NCBI GenBank assembly: GCA_963790475.1
Contig: CAWBOS010000001.1
Coordinates: 160,001-224,000 of the forward strand
Reading direction: 5' to 3'
Source of the DNA: an uncultured delta proteobacterium
GTDB lineage: Bacteria > Desulfobacterota > RBG-13-43-22
Length of the DNA: 64,000 nucleotides
Shown: positions 51,194 to 60,847 of the stretch, one piece after another
How positions within the stretch are numbered: position 1 is the first letter of the stretch
Layout: every line of letters begins with the position of its first letter
Position numbers and translations under genes: made by a program
Notes under the pieces: generated by a model
Databases searched by the model: none
Told to the model about the DNA's origin: nothing
The model's input: the letters and a program-made list of their open reading frames with translations, nothing else

Positions 51194-51332
51194 AAACCAT
51201 CCTTCTATTAATCTCGATAGCTTCAATTCGTTCAATGGGGGTTTTTGCTATCCAATATCTCTTTTCTTCTTCGATGTCATTTAGACGGGTAACCTCAATC
51301 TTTTTTTTATCAAGACGTGGAAGTTTATCCAT
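51132..51332 (-). CDS. Small partner protein of the nucleotidyltransferase (putative TA-like pair)
   Basis: YW..KTP.ERIEAIE..R pattern; overlaps the start of the transferase. Confidence 0.7.
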   Translation of the reverse strand: MDKLPRLDKKKIEVTRLNDIEEEKRYWIAKTPIERIEAIEINRRMVYGQDRVTSRLQRFLEVAELT

Positions 51333-51557
51333 GTAGCCTGTCCTCCAGAATTTATTCCCGCTACAACAAGTGTAACTTATTATAAAAGATAAATATTTTC
51401 TTTACAATTCATTTTTCAAGATTAGTCCCGGAAGTCCTTCCTGAGTTTTAGCCGCCGCAGGTCAAGAAAAAATCTGTCGTTGAGGTGGTGCTTGTATTGA
51501 ATCCTTTCTTTTGTTATCATCCGCAGAATTGTTAAGATAAACGGAAATGGAATATAG

Positions 51558-53030
51558 ATGCCGGAACCTTTCCTGAAAGAACAGGATCAGCAGTCAACTT
51601 CTCTCCTGCGAGTGCTGGCTGAAGAAGTATTTTCACGAACAGCCGGGGCAGCTTTGCAACCGGGCAACAAAATCAAAATCCTGAAAGACGCCAAAGAGAA
51701 TTACCCGGCCTGGATCGAGGCCATTTCCGCCGCAAAAAAGTACATCCATTTTGAATCCTACATTATATTTGAGGATGATATCGGCAATCAATTCGCGGAC
51801 CTCCTGATCGCTAAAGCCGTGGAGGGGGTAAAGGTTCGGGTCATATATGACTGGTTGGGAGCGGTGCACAAGACCTCTCGGCATTTCTGGAGCAGACTCA
51901 GAACCGCCGGAGTGGAGGTGCGATGTTTTAATCCTCCCCGAATCGACAGCCCCCTCGGATGGCTTACCAGAGATCACCGAAAGATGATTTCCGTAGATGG
52001 ACGCCTCGCTTTTGTTACCGGCCTGTGTGTGGGACAAAAGTGGGTTGGATATCCGGAGCGGTCGATTGAACCCTGGCGCGATACGGGTTTGGCAGTTGAG
52101 GGCCCGGCAGTGGCTGATATAGACCTGGCCTTTGCCGAAGTATGGGGGGCAACGGGTGAACCGCTCCCGGAGAACGAACTGGTAGAGCCGGAGGCCATTC
52201 CCGCGGCAGGCCGTATTGCCGCGCGGGTAGTAGCCAGTTTGCCTAACACAGCCGGCCTTTATCGACTCGATCAGCTGATTGCCGCCCTGGCCTGCAACTC
52301 CTTGTGGCTCACCGATGCCTATTTCGTCGGGGCAACCCCCTATATTCAAACGCTGCGGTCGGCGGCCCTTGATGGCGTGGACGTGCGGCTGCTGGTCCCC
52401 GGAAGTACGGATATTCCTGTTCTGCGCGCCATATCCAGATCAGGCTATTATCCGCTTCTCGAGGCCGGCGTCAGGGTCTTTGAATGGAACGGTCCGATGA
52501 TGCACGCCAAAACGGCGGTCGTGGATGGGCGATGGGCGCGAGTAGGATCAACAAACCTCAATTTGGCGAGTTGGTTCGGAAACTACGAACTGGACATCGC
52601 TATTGAAGATGAGGGTTTTGCCCAGGCGATGGAGGAAATGTTTCTGGAGGATTTGACCCGGACGACTGAAATCGTTCTGAGCGAACATAGAGTCCGCCCG
52701 GCGCAAAAAAATCCACGATGGTCCCAGACGCGAAAAAAATTGGGTACAGGGAGTGTGAGCCGCGCAGGGGTCGGCGCGATTCGCCTCGGGAGCGCGGTAG
52801 GCGCCGCGATCACCAACCACAGGATACTGGGTCCGACGGAAGCCAAAATAATGCTTTTCATAAGCATCATTCTTCTTGTCCTCTCGGCCATCTCCGTAAT
52901 TTGGCCGAGGGTGATCACCATCCCGGCCGCGTTTTTCGGTACCTGGTTGGCCATTTCTCTGGGGATCAGGTCCTATAAACTGTATATCAAGCGGACTCGG
53001 ACGAGGGAGGAACTGTCGGACAAGGAATGA
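51558..53030 (+). CDS. Cardiolipin synthase (ClsB-like phospholipase D family)
   Basis: Two HKD motifs HRKMISVD and [14 protein letters not shown]. Confidence 0.9.
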   Translation: MPEPFLKEQDQQSTSLLRVLAEEVFSRTAGAALQPGNKIKILKDAKENYPAWIEAISAAKKYIHFESYIIFEDDIGNQFADLLIAKAVEGVKVRVIYDWLGAVHKTSRHFWSRLRTAGVEVRCFNPPRIDSPLGWLTRDHRKMISVDGRLAFVTGLCVGQKWVGYPERSIEPWRDTGLAVEGPAVADIDLAFAEVWGATGEPLPENELVEPEAIPAAGRIAARVVASLPNTAGLYRLDQLIAALACNSLWLTDAYFVGATPYIQTLRSAALDGVDVRLLVPGSTDIPVLRAISRSGYYPLLEAGVRVFEWNGPMMHAKTAVVDGRWARVGSTNLNLASWFGNYELDIAIEDEGFAQAMEEMFLEDLTRTTEIVLSEHRVRPAQKNPRWSQTRKKLGTGSVSRAGVGAIRLGSAVGAAITNHRILGPTEAKIMLFISIILLVLSAISVIWPRVITIPAAFFGTWLAISLGIRSYKLYIKRTRTREELSDKE

Positions 53031-53040
53031 TCTCTTTTTT

Positions 53041-53281
53041 TTGCCACAGACAACTGCAGGACAGGAGTAAGACGACTTGTCTTCCTCCTACCGTCAGGCC
53101 CTGCGGGCGTAAATTCTATCCTCTCAACCGCAATGAAAAAAGCGAAGTCTAAATTTTGATCTTTGAGTTTTTCTATCAGCTATGAGCTTTGAGCTATTGG
53201 CTCCTTTCTCTGCGTCTCTGAGAGCGCTGTGAGAGAGGTGCCTTTGTCCGGCTTTTGTCTGAGCGAGTCTGTGGCAAAAGG
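53041..53281. repeat. Composite palindromic repeat between convergent genes
   Basis: Terminal IR TTGCCACAGAC...GTCTGTGGCAA; 3' part shared with 46117-46190. Confidence 0.6.
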
Positions 53282-53331
53282 CATTTTAAAAACAGCTATA
53301 ATGTTACGGAAGTCTTTATTTCAATATCCAA

Positions 53332-54147
53332 TCAGCTTACATCCTTGAATCGAGGTTCCCTTTTTTCCAGATTGGCTTTGACGGCTTCCACCTGATTCGG
53401 TTGGCCGATAACGGATCGTTGAAGTGCCGCTTCAAGTTTTAAACCCTCTTCCAGGCTAAGGACTCTGGAGGAATTTAAAAGTTTCTTTCCGGCCCTGATA
53501 GCGTCGGGGGATTTGGAGGCGATCTCCCGAGCTAATTTCATGGCCTCCCCGTGAGGGTCTTCACTGACCCGGGTAGCCAGACCCAGTTCGACAGCTTCCT
53601 TTCCGGAAATGACACGACCGGTAAAAGTCAATTCTTTAACCACATCCAATCGAACCAGATGGCGCAAGAGTTGAGTCCCGCTCATATCCGGAACCAGCCC
53701 CCATTTAATTTCCAATACCGACAAACGGGCGTCCGGGGCAACGATACGAATATCCGCACCCAGGGCTACCTGGAGTCCTCCGCCGTAGGCTACTCCGTGC
53801 ACGGCGGCAATGACCGGGACCGGAAGCACCTGCCAGATAAAGGCGACCTGTTGGGCGAAATTGGCCGGGCTCTCCTTGTCCGTTTCGAAAATTCCTTGCC
53901 CCAATTTCTCAACGTTTGAATCGGTCATGGCCTGGAAACTCATAAAGTCCAAACCGGCGCTGAAGGCCTTTCCTTCACCGGACAGAACCACCGCCCGAAG
54001 GGAATTGTTGGCCGCCAGCTCTTTCCCCGTTTTGGTCAATCCCTCGAACATGGCCGGGTCAAGGGCATTCATTTTGTCCGGACGGTTCATCCGGACATCG
54101 GCCACCCCGTCGGCCATTGAATAAACAACTCGGGCAGACATGTTCAT
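53332..54147 (-). CDS. Enoyl-CoA hydratase/crotonase
   Basis: NRPDKMNA, FSAGLD, GVAYGGG, EIKWGLVPD. Confidence 0.92.
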   Translation of the reverse strand: MNMSARVVYSMADGVADVRMNRPDKMNALDPAMFEGLTKTGKELAANNSLRAVVLSGEGKAFSAGLDFMSFQAMTDSNVEKLGQGIFETDKESPANFAQQVAFIWQVLPVPVIAAVHGVAYGGGLQVALGADIRIVAPDARLSVLEIKWGLVPDMSGTQLLRHLVRLDVVKELTFTGRVISGKEAVELGLATRVSEDPHGEAMKLAREIASKSPDAIRAGKKLLNSSRVLSLEEGLKLEAALQRSVIGQPNQVEAVKANLEKREPRFKDVS

Positions 54148-54209
54148 TTCTCCTTTTGTAACAATTTAGGATTTTGAGAATTAAGTCTTTTCAAGACAGC
54201 GTTAGAGTC

Positions 54210-54288
54210 AAAATCCCCCTCAATCCCCCTTTTTCTAATCCAGCCAACGGCGGGACTCCCTTTGAAAAAGGGAGGTCGGGAGGGATTT
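54210..54288. repeat. REP-like palindrome
   Basis: AAATCCC..CCCCCTTTTTC / GAAAAAGGGAGG..GGGATTT. Confidence 0.5.
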
Positions 54289-54319
54289 AATGATACCTCC
54301 TTTTTTCTTCATTTATCGT

Positions 54320-55285
54320 TTAAGCCAGTTGATCCAGCCGTTTTTTGGCCTCCGCGGCTTCCTTCATGATCCGCTTCATCAGGTCGGCAACGGTGGGGAT
54401 GTCGTCGATGAGACCGATGACCTGCCCCATGGGATAAATTCCCTCACTCAGATCGCCGCTGTTCCAACCTTGAAAACTTACCTTGCCACTGATCATGGGA
54501 GCCAATTCTTCCAGAGAGGCCTTTCGCCCTTCCATTTCGATGATCTTTTCGGTCCAGGGGGTTCTCAAGACCCGGGCCGGATTCATCAGGGATTCCATGA
54601 CCAGAACGGTTCCTGTTTCTTCGGATTCCACGATCTTGGCTTTGGCCGCCGGATGGAGAGGACACTCCTGGGTGGCCAGAAAACGGCTCCCCATGTTGAC
54701 CCCCTCTGCGCCCATGGCCAGGGCCGCTAAAAAAGTCCGTCCATTTCCGAAACCACCTCCGGCAATCAGGGGGGCCTTGATTTTAGCTGCGGCCTTGGGG
54801 ATTAAAATCAAGGAAGTGACTTTTTCCATACTGGGATGGCCGCCGCACTCGGTACCGACGATGGAGACGATGTCCACCCCCATGCTATCGGCTTTGACGG
54901 CATCCCGGACCCGGGCGCATTTATGAATATGGACCAACCCGGCCTTGGAAATCATCTCCCGGTAAGGTTGGGGGCTGCGGCCGGCGGTTTCCAGAATCTT
55001 TACTCCGGCCTTGATGATGGTTTCCAGCATCTCTTCTGGCGGTTTGGGCATAAGGGACGGGAACAGGGAAATGTTCACCCCGAATGGTTTTTTGGTCAAT
55101 CCTCTCGTTTTCTCGATAGCCTCGGTCAACTCCTCCGATGTAGGATAAATGGCAGCGGCCAGGCAGGCCAGTCCGCCGGCATTGGCCACGGCGGCTACCA
55201 ACTCGGGTTTGCTTATGGACATCATGGTTCCACATTGGATCGGATATTCTATTCCTAACAACTCGGTCATTCTGGTTTTAAACAT
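54320..55285 (-). CDS. Nitronate monooxygenase-family flavoprotein
   Basis: YPIQCG, GTECGGHP, AGGGF, MGSRF. Confidence 0.9.
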   Translation of the reverse strand: MFKTRMTELLGIEYPIQCGTMMSISKPELVAAVANAGGLACLAAAIYPTSEELTEAIEKTRGLTKKPFGVNISLFPSLMPKPPEEMLETIIKAGVKILETAGRSPQPYREMISKAGLVHIHKCARVRDAVKADSMGVDIVSIVGTECGGHPSMEKVTSLILIPKAAAKIKAPLIAGGGFGNGRTFLAALAMGAEGVNMGSRFLATQECPLHPAAKAKIVESEETGTVLVMESLMNPARVLRTPWTEKIIEMEGRKASLEELAPMISGKVSFQGWNSGDLSEGIYPMGQVIGLIDDIPTVADLMKRIMKEAAEAKKRLDQLA

Positions 55286-55363
55286 TGAGCCTCCATTCTT
55301 TGTTCGTCATTTATTTATTTTTACAAGCACCATATCAATTTAGATTTTTGAAATAAATGTTCC

Positions 55364-55548
55364 CACCGCAAAGCCGCAAAGAACGCAAAGAGAAATATTC
55401 ATTGATTGCCGTGAGGGGCCGGCAATCAATAACCTTCGCTTATCCTCGGTAATTACTTGGCCGGAGGCCAAGGCTGTTATATTCAATCCCGTCTTTCATG
55501 GGATTGAATAAAGCTAAATATCTTTGCGATCTTTGCGCCTTTGCGGTG
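55364..55548. repeat. Palindromic repeat family C, complete copy
   Basis: Terminal IR CACCGCAAAGCCGCAAAGAACGCAAAGA / TCTTTGCGATCTTTGCGCCTTTGCGGTG with two internal hairpins. Confidence 0.85.
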
Positions 55549-55589
55549 AATAAGGTTTTTTTTCAAAAACCTGAAGTGTTACCAAATAT

Positions 55590-56114
55590 CTAATTTTCCT
55601 GGATCGCTTTTAATATTTCCCCCAGGGCATTACGGGCGATGGCCCTCATTTCATCATCCGTCCTGTCCTGGATGGGATGAGGCACAAACACGGCCGCCGG
55701 ATCAAATCCCAGGGCCCTGGCTTGCGACTCTCCGGCCTGCTTAAATTCTGCTGAAGCAACATAAACGCCGGCCACGCCCCGTCCTTCCAGATCAACGATG
55801 TCGTGCACACTGCACGACGTGCAAGACCCTCAATCGGCCAGGGCTTCAATCACCACTTCACATTGGGACCTGATCTCCTGTTTAAGCTCCAGGGGGGCCA
55901 CTCTGGCAAAGGTGGGTTTTTGATACCGACGGACTTTCAGTCCTTGTCCGGTAAGCTGTTTCTCCACTTCATCCAAAAAGATGTCTCCCCGGGGTTTGGA
56001 AATATTCAGCAGCCCGATAGTTATCCCCTTCAGATCGTCAGGGCGCTTTACCCGTTCCCGCATCTCCGGCGACCGCTCAGCCGTGGGGTCCAGTAAAACG
56101 GTTGTTTGATTCAT
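55590..56114 (-). CDS. UGSC-motif selenoprotein, 174 aa, Sec at codon 95
   Basis: Read-through of TGA 55832-55830 gives ALAD-U-GSCTSCSVHD; hairpin GTCGTGCA-GTG-TGCACGAC 11 nt after UGA. Confidence 0.9.
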
Positions 56115-57550
56115 TTTCGAACCTCCTTGGTTACAAGCTGGCTTCCTCTTGGGCCGCTGGCCACCCAGCCGCCGATAATGGCTGAAAACTTTCCGGCAGT
56201 ACCCCCGGCATAAACAAGAGTAAGACCACCTGGCCGAAATTTGGGAAAGGTCATGTCCTTCATTTCTTCAGGGATTCCCTCGGCAATCCCCTGGGCCCCG
56301 CGCACCAGCTCTTTACCGGGGACTTGAAGCCAGGTGTCCAATTCCTTTTTTAACCGGGCCTTGGTCCAACCGGCCTGCCGGAATATCTGACCGTGTTCCG
56401 GTGAGATCACCAAAAGGGCATCGGCGGCCAGGGGGATTTTGGGATGGGCCACGGTCCGCAGGCACAAGGCCAAGGACCGGGCCAGGGATTCGGGTGTCCG
56501 GGAAAGCTGGTCCACCACGGCCTGAACCCCGTCTCCGGCAAAAAGGCTTACTGTGGAGGCCCCTTCCGGAAATCCCCGTTCCACAGAAAGGGGCTCCCAG
56601 GGGGAATCTAACTCGTCCTCGGCGAAACAAAAGGTATATTTTCCGGGATTACCCAGGACTGCCCGATCGATCTCTCCCGGCCTTCCGCCTCCTACATTTC
56701 GGACTATCAACTGGAGGGCCCGACCGATGGTGGCATTGGCCCGATTCCCTTGACCGAGGGCATTGACCCCGGAGTTCATTCCGATGGCCCGGGTAACGGG
56801 GCCGTTGACGATCACCACCGGACCGGAAAAATAAGTTGTGGCCAGAAGACCATGCAAACAGAACTCATCCAAACAGGCCGCTTCCACGGCTGCCAGCACA
56901 ACCGGCAGATACTCCGGTTTACATCCGGCCATGACGGCATTGATGGCCGCTTTTTCCACAGTACAGGGCGCCTGGTTGGGGGGAATGATTCCCACTAATT
57001 CATCCGGGGATCTTGAGGTTCCTTCCAGCATGCGTACCACACGGACTTCAGTGGGCGGCACAACGGGCAACCCGTCTGTCCATCCCCGGGAAAAACAGGT
57101 TTCCATCTCGTCTTCCAAGGGTGGCGAGGTTATGCGCCGTGAAGCCAGATGAATACCTCCGAAGCGGACCGCCAATTCCTCCACTATTCCGGGTTCGCAA
57201 TTTTTGGAACCGCAACCCGGTCGAAAAGGGGGAAGCCCTTCTCCCAGTCCTTTGATTCCGGTCATGGCCCGCCATTCTTCCCGGTCCCAGCCGACGGTTC
57301 GCCCGATCTCCCGGCCGTTTTTCAGACTAATCAAGGTGGGGACGGTTTCAATTTGGAAATGGCAGGACTTTTCCAGTAAGGTATCGTTGACGACACCCGG
57401 TATTCCTTCCGGAAAACCAGGGTCATCCTGGGTAAAGATAGAAAGCGATTTATCACCTTTGGAAATGGCTTTCATAACCGGCACAATCATCGTGCAGGTA
57501 GCGCAATCCTTTTTACAAAACAGAATCAATCCGTCCGTTAGTTTCTCCAT
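56111..57550 (-). CDS. Thioredoxin-like domain fused to UGSC-partner domain
   Basis: KKDCATC, ETVPTL, RPGCGS, GWTDGLPVVPPT, NAVMAGC, NRANATIGRAL; ATGA overlap with the UGSC gene. Confidence 0.85.
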   Translation of the reverse strand: MEKLTDGLILFCKKDCATCTMIVPVMKAISKGDKSLSIFTQDDPGFPEGIPGVVNDTLLEKSCHFQIETVPTLISLKNGREIGRTVGWDREEWRAMTGIKGLGEGLPPFRPGCGSKNCEPGIVEELAVRFGGIHLASRRITSPPLEDEMETCFSRGWTDGLPVVPPTEVRVVRMLEGTSRSPDELVGIIPPNQAPCTVEKAAINAVMAGCKPEYLPVVLAAVEAACLDEFCLHGLLATTYFSGPVVIVNGPVTRAIGMNSGVNALGQGNRANATIGRALQLIVRNVGGGRPGEIDRAVLGNPGKYTFCFAEDELDSPWEPLSVERGFPEGASTVSLFAGDGVQAVVDQLSRTPESLARSLALCLRTVAHPKIPLAADALLVISPEHGQIFRQAGWTKARLKKELDTWLQVPGKELVRGAQGIAEGIPEEMKDMTFPKFRPGGLTLVYAGGTAGKFSAIIGGWVASGPRGSQLVTKEVRK

Positions 57551-57629
57551 GGCTTTCCCTTACTGTTTGGTCAATGAAACCTTTAACTGAAAACGGAACC
57601 CCCAAACAGATATGATGAACATGAAACAG

Positions 57630-57772
57630 GTCGTCACCCCTTCTGGCGAATCCCGGGTCCAGGAGATTATAATTACTTAAAAACACTGAATTCCGGCTGG
57701 AGTCTTTCCCGCACTTGATGCGGGACCGGAATGACCTGATTTCGGTTTTGGCGACTTTTGTGAGTCCATCAG
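57630..57772. repeat. REP-like repeat family D, copy 1
   Basis: GTCGTCACCCC..GGGTCCAGGA..ATTCCGGCTGGAGTCT..CCGGAATGAC; shared with 60242-60400. Confidence 0.8.
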
Positions 57773-57786
57773 GTATAAGGGGTTCA

Positions 57787-58878
57787 TTACCTTCGGGACA
57801 CCGCGGCTTTTATGGCTTCCCGCAGGGCCTTTCCATCTTTCGGGGGTTCAAGAAAACCGGGTTTATTGACCATGGCAATGGCTTCGGTCGGGCAGCCGGT
57901 GGCGCAGACGGCACACCCAAAACAGCGGTCGAGGTTTACCATCGGGAGATCATTCTCTCCCATGGTCAAGGCCTCGGGCGGGCAGCGATCGATACAAGTG
58001 CCGCAGGCCGTGCAAACATCGGCATCAAATCGAGGTTCGAAACCCGAATTGAAATACAGGCCAGGTTTGGCCTTGGCCAGGACATTTTTTACGGCAAAAC
58101 AATGCCAGCGGTCGCAGTTGCAAATAAAACCGATATCCTCGGTCATATTCTGACTCATGTGAATCAACCCGGCCTCTTCGGCCCGATCCAGTACCTGGCG
58201 AGCCTCTTCCTTGGTCACTTGCCGGCCGCCTAATCTTTCTATGACATATTGGGCCATAGGTCCGAATTGCATACAGACATCATTGGGCATCCCATGGATA
58301 TCTTCCCCCTGCAACAGCGCCGCGTGCCGACAATAACAGGTGCTGATAGCAATAGGGTCGTATTTGTCGATAAAGGTTTGAACCTGGTCATAGGTGTGGA
58401 CCTGGTTGTCGACCTGCACTACGGCATCGACAGTGATGACCCTGATCCCGGGAAAATCCGGTCCCGAACGATCCGTTTTTTGATCATAAGCCTTTTTATA
58501 GGCATAAATGAGCTTGGCTATTTTTTTGTCGCGCTCGGTGGTTTTCCCGGGCATGAATTGAAATTCCAATATGCCGGGCATAAACCTGGCCGCCTGGTAA
58601 TATCGGGTTTGATCCACTTTCAAAGTCGTACAAAGTCCTTTGTCGGCCATGGCCTCGAGGATCTTCTCGATCTCTCCCTCGTCCCGGCCCATGGCCTCGG
58701 CCAGGCCCTTGGCCGTAAAGGGACCCCTGGGCATGGCATTGTTGACTTCCGCTTCCTGAGGGGTGAATAATTCTTCCACCAGGGAAAAGAACTCGGGAAT
58801 ATCCATTCCGGCATATCCTCCTCCGCGCCTGGTCATGACTGTAAGTAAATGCTGGTAGACTTCCTGACTCATCTTCAT
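57787..58878 (-). CDS. 4Fe-4S binding protein with N-terminal wHTH-like region
   Basis: CYCR, ICNCDRWHC, CTACGTCIDRCP, CFGCAVCATGCP. Confidence 0.88.
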   Translation of the reverse strand: MKMSQEVYQHLLTVMTRRGGGYAGMDIPEFFSLVEELFTPQEAEVNNAMPRGPFTAKGLAEAMGRDEGEIEKILEAMADKGLCTTLKVDQTRYYQAARFMPGILEFQFMPGKTTERDKKIAKLIYAYKKAYDQKTDRSGPDFPGIRVITVDAVVQVDNQVHTYDQVQTFIDKYDPIAISTCYCRHAALLQGEDIHGMPNDVCMQFGPMAQYVIERLGGRQVTKEEARQVLDRAEEAGLIHMSQNMTEDIGFICNCDRWHCFAVKNVLAKAKPGLYFNSGFEPRFDADVCTACGTCIDRCPPEALTMGENDLPMVNLDRCFGCAVCATGCPTEAIAMVNKPGFLEPPKDGKALREAIKAAVSRR

Positions 58879-58885
58879 TTTCTCC

Positions 58886-59491
58886 TTAAGGTTTTTTATT
58901 ATTGGGCGACGATGAACCCAGAATGCGTTCAAAAATCATCCGATCAAAGATTTTATAGGGAACAAGGCTTTTGGAAACCTTCATCTGCATCAAAGTGCCT
59001 TCCCAACTATTGAGGATGAAATCCGTGCTTTCCTCAACATCAATCGAATCGGGTATTTTGCCCTGTTGCCTGGCTTGAGCCAGATGGGCGGCCAGATTCT
59101 TTTTAATATCAATAAAGGCCTGATTCAGTTTTTTTCTGAAGGCAGGATTCCGGCCTCCCATTTCCTGGGACAGGTTGCCGATGGGGCAACCGCCTTTGAA
59201 ATCGCTACGCTGGAATGATTCCGCCTGCCCTTTAAAAAGATGTCTAACCTTTTCCAGGGGGGAGAGTTTTTCGTTCCGGTAAAACCCCTGGGCATTGGAT
59301 TCCAAATATCCTGCAAAGAGGTCAATAAGCTGCAGGCCGAAGTCCTCCTTGTTTTTGAAATAAAAATAAAATGATCCCTTGGGGACTTTGGCTTTTTCCA
59401 ATACTTCGGCCAGCCCGGTATTAAAAAAGCCTTTTTGCAGGACAATTCCCGCACCGGCTTTCAGAATGCGTGTTTTGGTGTCCGTTTTCAT
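58886..59491 (-). CDS. TetR-family regulator (NemR-like)
   Basis: VPKGSFYFYFKNKE HTH, GGCPIGN, WEG. Confidence 0.92.
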   Translation of the reverse strand: MKTDTKTRILKAGAGIVLQKGFFNTGLAEVLEKAKVPKGSFYFYFKNKEDFGLQLIDLFAGYLESNAQGFYRNEKLSPLEKVRHLFKGQAESFQRSDFKGGCPIGNLSQEMGGRNPAFRKKLNQAFIDIKKNLAAHLAQARQQGKIPDSIDVEESTDFILNSWEGTLMQMKVSKSLVPYKIFDRMIFERILGSSSPNNKKP

Positions 59492-59497
59492 CTTTGC

Positions 59498-60214
59498 TTA
59501 ATCAGCGGAGAGGCTCTGTCTGGCGGCGAGATAGGCCGGATCATCAATATCCATAACCCTCAGAATATGCTTGAAGCCCACTTCTTTGATGGGTTTCAGG
59601 ATATTCCTTCCCTTGTTCATGGTTTTGGAAAAGGCTATGACCTCCTTCATCAGGTCATCAAGATGACAGGCCTTAAATACCGCTTTGTGGGCCTCCAGTT
59701 CCGCGGCCGTGTAACGTTTGCCGGTCAACTGGGCTTCCAGAGAAAGATGACCGGGCAGGGCTTTCTTAATGAGGGCGTCCATACCCGGCATAAAGGGGAT
59801 ATGGATGTCGACCTCAGGAAAGCAGAAATAGCCGCGGTCGGTACGCATAAAGCGGAAGTCGAAAGCGCAAGCCAGGATGGCCCCCCCGGCAAAGGCGTGG
59901 CCGTTGATGGCGGCAATGGTGATCAGGGGATAGGTTAAAATGCGGCGAAGGACGTCCATAATCCGCATGGAAAACCGTGACCCCGTTTCCGGGTTTTCGG
60001 CCACGGCGGCCCGCAACCAGTCCAGGTCTATCCCGTTGGACCATATTTTGGAGTCGGCGCTCTTAACCACCAGGACGGTGGCCGGTGTTTTATTTTCGAT
60101 TTCATCCAGAATGTTTAAAAAGGCCTCCAGGAAGGAGAGGGTGAAGCGGTTTTCACCGCTTTTCATCGTCAACACAGCCACATGTTCATCCAGCTGATAC
60201 TCGAATAGGTCCAT
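59498..60214 (-). CDS. Enoyl-CoA delta-isomerase/hydratase family
   Basis: WSNGIDL, INGHAFAGG, FCFPEV. Confidence 0.9.
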   Translation of the reverse strand: MDLFEYQLDEHVAVLTMKSGENRFTLSFLEAFLNILDEIENKTPATVLVVKSADSKIWSNGIDLDWLRAAVAENPETGSRFSMRIMDVLRRILTYPLITIAAINGHAFAGGAILACAFDFRFMRTDRGYFCFPEVDIHIPFMPGMDALIKKALPGHLSLEAQLTGKRYTAAELEAHKAVFKACHLDDLMKEVIAFSKTMNKGRNILKPIKEVGFKHILRVMDIDDPAYLAARQSLSAD

Positions 60215-60241
60215 CGGTAAAATATCCTTTCTATTTTTTAA

Positions 60242-60400
60242 TGATGAGTTCGTTAAAAGTCGTCACCCCGGCGAAAGCCGGGGTCCAGGAAATTTATAAC
60301 CAGTTAAAAACACTGGATTCCGGCTGGAGTCTATCCCGCGCTTGATGCGGGGCCGGAATGACGAATCCGGGCTTCCGGCGACTTTTTGCGAAGTTGGCAT
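60242..60400. repeat. REP-like repeat family D, copy 2
   Basis: CCCCGGC-GAAA-GCCGGGG and ATTCCGGC..GCCGGAAT hairpins. Confidence 0.8.
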
Positions 60401-60493
60401 TTATTGAGTTACAGTTTCATTGAACCGTTCCCGGTCTGTTGACAACCCGCTTTTCAACATGTAGACGATTTCATCTCAAATGGTTTATGGGGA

Positions 60494-60522
60494 ATAGTAG
60501 ACCGGTCGTCTACACCTGTCAA
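60494..60522 (-). promoter_or_regulatory. Sigma-70 promoter with overlapping TetR-type operator
   Basis: TTGACA-17-TACTAT on the minus strand; palindrome GTAGAC-CGGTC-GTCTAC at 60497-60513. Confidence 0.75.
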
Positions 60523-60579
60523 GTTGTTTTTAGACTTTCCTTCTCCTTTTGTTTTTAATAATGCTGTTTTTAATAATGC

Positions 60580-60608
60580 TTGACAGGCAACCCCTTCCTG
60601 GTTATAAT
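60580..60608 (+). promoter_or_regulatory. Consensus sigma-70 promoter of the helicase gene
   Basis: TTGACA-17-TATAAT. Confidence 0.8.
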
Positions 60609-60847
60609 ACCTTCATTATCAGTTGGAAGTTCTTGTCAATAGCTCCGGAAGCCGAATCGATCAGGCCCTGCCTGGGGCACAAAAGCCAAGTGCTAGCGGA
60701 CAGTTTTACAGCCTGAGCGGCGGTTTCACCGGCAACCCCTCCGTATTCATCCTAAAGTCCTCCAAATTTATTATCAACCAGCCGGATCATTCCATTGGGC
60801 GGAACTTTACCTTTCGAGGAAAGCCGACCCGAGGAAAAAGGAGATCT

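Noticed and set aside
57715-58932. Extended start at 58932 for the 4Fe-4S protein and the opposite-strand ORF at 57715
   Set aside because: RBS AAGGAG supports ATG 58878; the antisense ORF starts inside repeat D.
60623-60847. 75-aa N-terminal extension of the helicase in the ORF track
   Set aside because: The TTG lies just after the promoter with no RBS; family similarity begins at ATG 60848.
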